Source: Bdellovibrionales bacterium (GTDB taxonomy: Bacteria > Bdellovibrionota > Bdellovibrionia > Bdellovibrionales > JAUICD01). Taken from it: 64,000 nt of DNA. Shown one piece after another: positions 60,436 to 64,000 of this stretch. The notes under the pieces were generated by a model. That model saw only the letters and a program-made list of their open reading frames with translations, was not told the DNA's origin and ran no database searches. Within the stretch, counting starts at the first letter, position 1. Each line of letters begins with the position of its first letter. Location: NCBI GenBank assembly GCA_965262715.1, contig OZ253553.1, positions 1,472,001-1,536,000 of the forward strand. The letters run 5' to 3'. The position numbers were made by a program, and so were the translations under genes.

Positions 60436-61800
60436 ATGAAAAAAACTTTTAATTTCGTAAATCTCACTTTAATATCCCTTCTACTAACTCTTGTTTTTCA
60501 AAAAGCCCAAGCGATAACTGAATGCCCAGAGGCCTTAACACCTCCTCATCTTGTGATTGGTATAGATGGTGTTAGTTATGACACTTTTAGAAAGAGTCGT
60601 GAAGATGGCCATTTCAGTTATCTTAATTCTGTCGTTCCAATGATTTCTAGTTTTCCCTCTATTAGTGATCACAACTGGAACCGTATGCTAGGCACAGATC
60701 TTATCGAAAGTTACACTATGGAACACTTTAATCCAAATATACGAACAAGAAGAGGTATGGGGAGAAGAGTAGGTGGTCTCTATCTTCAACTCAACCACCC
60801 TCTTGTAGGTTACTTTACAGCTTTTGATGATGTCTATCCTACTGTAAGAGATCGATTAACATTAACTATTTTTGCATTTTTAAAAACGGCAGCCAAATAT
60901 TTTGTGAGAAGGATTGTCAGAAACTATCATCGTTTACCTCATTCTACACCTTCTTACAAAGTCCTTTTTGAAAACCCTGATATGATAGCACACCTTCATG
61001 GTGAAGAAGGAGCTTTAAGATTTTTAGAATATCTTGATGGTCAGTTGGTTCAGTTGATTGATCAAATTCAAGGTAGATATAACATGAGCCCTCCAATCAC
61101 TCTTCTAAGTGATCATGGTAATGCTTTTGTTGATACCAAATACATTCAATATGAAAGACATTTAGAAAATAAAGGTTGGCATTTGGCAAACACTATTGCC
61201 TCAAGTAGTGATGTGGCTATTGTGCTTTCTGAGATTCTTTCTTTTGGAGCTTTTTATACAAAACCTCATGTTGCCCGTAAGCTAGCAAATGACATGAGAG
61301 ATATGAGAGGTGTAGATATTGTGGCACACTCTCCTGCTGATAATTTTATTGTTATTTACAAGCAAGGTCAAGAAGCTCATATACGAATTGACCCTTCAAC
61401 TTCAAAGGTAATCTATTTGAGTATAAATGGTGATCCTCTAGAACAAAGACACTTATTCCAAAATAGCTGGCTTGATTTTAAAGATTATTTATTTAAATCC
61501 TATGACACAGATTATCCTTATGCAGCAGTAACCTTATGGGAAGCCTTTTATAGAAATACTTTACAACCAGCTAATGTCTTAGTGAGTACTGAGCCTGATT
61601 GGGCACTGGCAGGTGGAACCATCTATTGGTTATCTAAGTTGTACGGAAAAGTTAAAAGCTTACATGGAGCACTTCACAGAGATGCAGCAACAGGGATATT
61701 TGCTACCACAGAACACCTGCCAAATCCTGTAGTCAGTATCGATGGTGTCAGAGATTTTTTAAGAGAAGTAGACTCTTCTATTGAATCTTCTTCTCATTAA
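60436..61800 (+). CDS. Exported alkaline-phosphatase-superfamily (nucleotide pyrophosphatase/phosphodiesterase-like) protein
   Basis: Signal peptide; IGIDGVSY, SSFPSIS, DMIAH, LLSDHG, SLHG. Confidence 0.8.
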   Translation: MKKTFNFVNLTLISLLLTLVFQKAQAITECPEALTPPHLVIGIDGVSYDTFRKSREDGHFSYLNSVVPMISSFPSISDHNWNRMLGTDLIESYTMEHFNPNIRTRRGMGRRVGGLYLQLNHPLVGYFTAFDDVYPTVRDRLTLTIFAFLKTAAKYFVRRIVRNYHRLPHSTPSYKVLFENPDMIAHLHGEEGALRFLEYLDGQLVQLIDQIQGRYNMSPPITLLSDHGNAFVDTKYIQYERHLENKGWHLANTIASSSDVAIVLSEILSFGAFYTKPHVARKLANDMRDMRGVDIVAHSPADNFIVIYKQGQEAHIRIDPSTSKVIYLSINGDPLEQRHLFQNSWLDFKDYLFKSYDTDYPYAAVTLWEAFYRNTLQPANVLVSTEPDWALAGGTIYWLSKLYGKVKSLHGALHRDAATGIFATTEHLPNPVVSIDGVRDFLREVDSSIESSSH

Positions 61801-61854
61801 TCTAAAGACATATTTTGTTGACATTATATTTTTTTTTAAATAATATAATGTCTT

Positions 61855-63048
61855 ATGGTTTTTATAAGCTTCTTCAAAAGTATTTTTATCTGTGTAGATT
61901 TGAAGTTACAATTAATTATATTTATCAATTTGATTTTTATCAGTTCAGTCTCATATTCTGAGCCTTCATATTGTCAAAGAGCTTTAGTCTTAGAAGGACA
62001 AAATTTCAACACTGCTATTCATGTAGGTATTTTTGATGGTTTCATGGAAAATGGATGGAATCCAGATTTTGTTATTGCTAGTTGTGGTGGTGCTATTGGT
62101 GCAGCTCTCATCCATGCTATCCCGGATCCTGAAAAAAGAAAAGCCTTCCTGTTGTCAGGAGATTTTTTTAATCTTATTAACACTGTTGAATACTGTAATT
62201 TTAAGTTGCTTACCAACCTTGGTCATTTAATGGCAATAACAATTGGTATGACAGCGAGAGAGTACAGTATGCAAAGAGGTAGAATATTCATACCTCCTTT
62301 ATTTGATAATTATCTCCTAGAAGTTCCAAATAATTTTAATTCAATACCTTTACATCAAGGATTTAGTTCATTAGGAACTCGTGTTGTTATTATTGGAGCA
62401 AAGTTAAATTTTACCCCAGAAGATGTAGGACAAGAAAGTGAAGATAAAAAAATCTATCAAGAGGTTTTTTTCACTGATATTGAAACATCTGATCTACTAA
62501 GAGATATGTCATCGCCGATTGCTGTTTCTTTTCCAAACAGTGCTATTTCCTTTGATACTCAAGTTATTACAAATCAATCACTTGGAACAGCTGTAAGAGT
62601 ATCTATTTCTGATCCTTATTTAATGAATCCAGCACAAATAGACGAAATATATTTTTTAGGAGGAGCTATTAACTTGTACCCAATAGAAATAGCCTATAGA
62701 TTAGCAAATACAGTAGCAATGGTCTACCCAAATGCTCTAGACTTTCTAGGACAGAGGACTTTGGCATCTACTTTTGGTTTTGATAATAATACTAGATTAC
62801 GTAAAGTGACAAATATGTACGCCGACTATTGGTTTGATTTTTTAAATTTTGAAGCATTAGGAGATCATCGGTTTAATGTAATTGAAGTAGACATTATGAG
62901 AAACGAATTGAGGCTCAAGTTGCCAAAAGATATAGAAACCTTTAGAGCAGATATACAAGCTCAATACGAATTTGGGTATAATAGAGCGGTAGAAGCCTTA
63001 CAACAATCGCCTAACTCTAAAAATCATATAAGAGGTATAAATAAATAA
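61855..63048 (+). CDS. Patatin-like protein with atypical catalytic motifs
   Basis: RALVL.G, G..PD.VIASCGGA, AVR.SI..P.L..P, LGGAINLYPIE follow the patatin motif order. Confidence 0.65.
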   Translation: MVFISFFKSIFICVDLKLQLIIFINLIFISSVSYSEPSYCQRALVLEGQNFNTAIHVGIFDGFMENGWNPDFVIASCGGAIGAALIHAIPDPEKRKAFLLSGDFFNLINTVEYCNFKLLTNLGHLMAITIGMTAREYSMQRGRIFIPPLFDNYLLEVPNNFNSIPLHQGFSSLGTRVVIIGAKLNFTPEDVGQESEDKKIYQEVFFTDIETSDLLRDMSSPIAVSFPNSAISFDTQVITNQSLGTAVRVSISDPYLMNPAQIDEIYFLGGAINLYPIEIAYRLANTVAMVYPNALDFLGQRTLASTFGFDNNTRLRKVTNMYADYWFDFLNFEALGDHRFNVIEVDIMRNELRLKLPKDIETFRADIQAQYEFGYNRAVEALQQSPNSKNHIRGINK

Positions 63049-63074
63049 CACTTCAAAAGAAACTTATAATCAAG

Positions 63075-63374
63075 GGTGGATTCAAGTTGCAAGTGCAACT
63101 CCTTGCATAGTTATTTAAAGCGGGTTAGAGGAATACTCTAATCAATCTCTTTAAATAATGAAAGGAGTATTCCATGAGCAATTACACTCATCTAACCCAA
63201 TATGAGAGATATCAGATTTCAATTCTTTTGCGAAGTGGAAAATCAATAAGAGCAATTTCAAAGCAGTTAGGTCGAGATAAAAGCACCTTATATAGGGAAG
63301 TGAACCGTAATAAAGGTTCGAGGCTATCGCCTTCAACAAGCCCATGAGAAGGCATTATATCGTCTGCAAAATTT
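63075..63374 (+). mobile_element. Truncated, frameshifted IS30-family copy
   Basis: TIR and leader match the reverse complement of 11786-11661; transposase start at 63174 diverges, frameshifts at AAAGGTTCGAGG and similarity ends near 63374. Confidence 0.85.
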
Positions 63375-63466
63375 ACAGGGTTAAGGACTTTCATTGATGT
63401 TTATCAAAAGTTATGATAAATAATCAAAATCAATTCTAATCTAATATAGGTAAGGATCTTATTAAA

Positions 63467-64000
63467 ATGCGAATACTATTGAGCTTAATTTGTTTATTTA
63501 TATTTAAAACTTCTATTGTAGAAGCTGATGATATCTCTCTTTCTGAGGATGGAGATAGAGAAAGATCAAATACATATTCTCCTGAAAGTTGTGGAAATGC
63601 CCTTATAGAGCTACATGATAATATAGATGGCAGGCATCTTCAAGAGAAAGAATTCTTACATTATTTTTCAGAGCAAGGACCATCTAGATCATTCATACAA
63701 TTAATGATGAGTGAAATAATGACGAATAAACAAAAATATAAAGAGTATACAGGCATTAAATTCAGAGAAGATCCATTACTAAACAGAATCCGTTTAATGG
63801 AAAACCAGCAAGATCTTGAAAGTCAGGGATATGGACCAGAATATATTGCAAATTTTGATTATATAAAAAATGGCCTGCAAATAGCTTATCACTTACGTCA
63901 ACGATTCAAAAACTCTAACACCAATCCTGAAGAAGCTCATATCCCAGAATTTGCTGATCTTATCGACTCACACATAGACTTTATAGAAAGAGCTATACGT
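63467..64000 (+). CDS. Exported hypothetical protein, runs off the window end
   Basis: Not in the ORF track; MRILLSLICLFIFKTSIVEA signal peptide and an open frame to base 64000. Confidence 0.7.
   Translation, partial: MRILLSLICLFIFKTSIVEADDISLSEDGDRERSNTYSPESCGNALIELHDNIDGRHLQEKEFLHYFSEQGPSRSFIQLMMSEIMTNKQKYKEYTGIKFREDPLLNRIRLMENQQDLESQGYGPEYIANFDYIKNGLQIAYHLRQRFKNSNTNPEEAHIPEFADLIDSHIDFIERAIR

Noticed and set aside
60381..63374. IS30 composite transposon around the two hydrolase genes
   Set aside because: Both IS30 ends face the same direction, so they do not enclose the genes as an inverted pair.

Overview
AT-rich bacterial chromosome segment, most likely from a Bdellovibrionota (Bdellovibrionales-like) organism. 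This is inferred from dnaX-recR-mglA synteny with a Ser21 MglA and no mglB, an SCO-coxBAC-D cluster, mevalonate genes and many Cys-rich exported proteins. Housekeeping blocks (dnaX, recR, mglA, ruvB, nhaA; atpF'FHA; murF; cox; Leu dehydrogenase; rpmI-rplT-fni-mvaA) alternate with accessory exported proteins (ankyrin, NADAR, zinc peptidases, patatin-like) and a dense set of mobile and repeat DNA. The most striking signal is two different IS1634-family elements, each flanked exactly at its terminal inverted repeats by very long direct repeats: 337 bp and 1,666 bp, the latter duplicating two whole genes. Both elements share a subterminal CACTACA motif at both ends. Other notable signals: (1) a reconstructable nested IS30/IS1634 insertion into a metalloprotease gene; (2) a four-helix-bundle gene after atpA whose upstream octamer repeat recurs in-frame inside atpF and coxA; (3) MITE-like repeats associated with duplications of cox gene ends; (4) tandem signal-peptide-bearing NADAR proteins; (5) a cytochrome c-like protein with no heme motif. 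No rRNA, tRNA or CRISPR array was recognised. All comparisons were made by eye.
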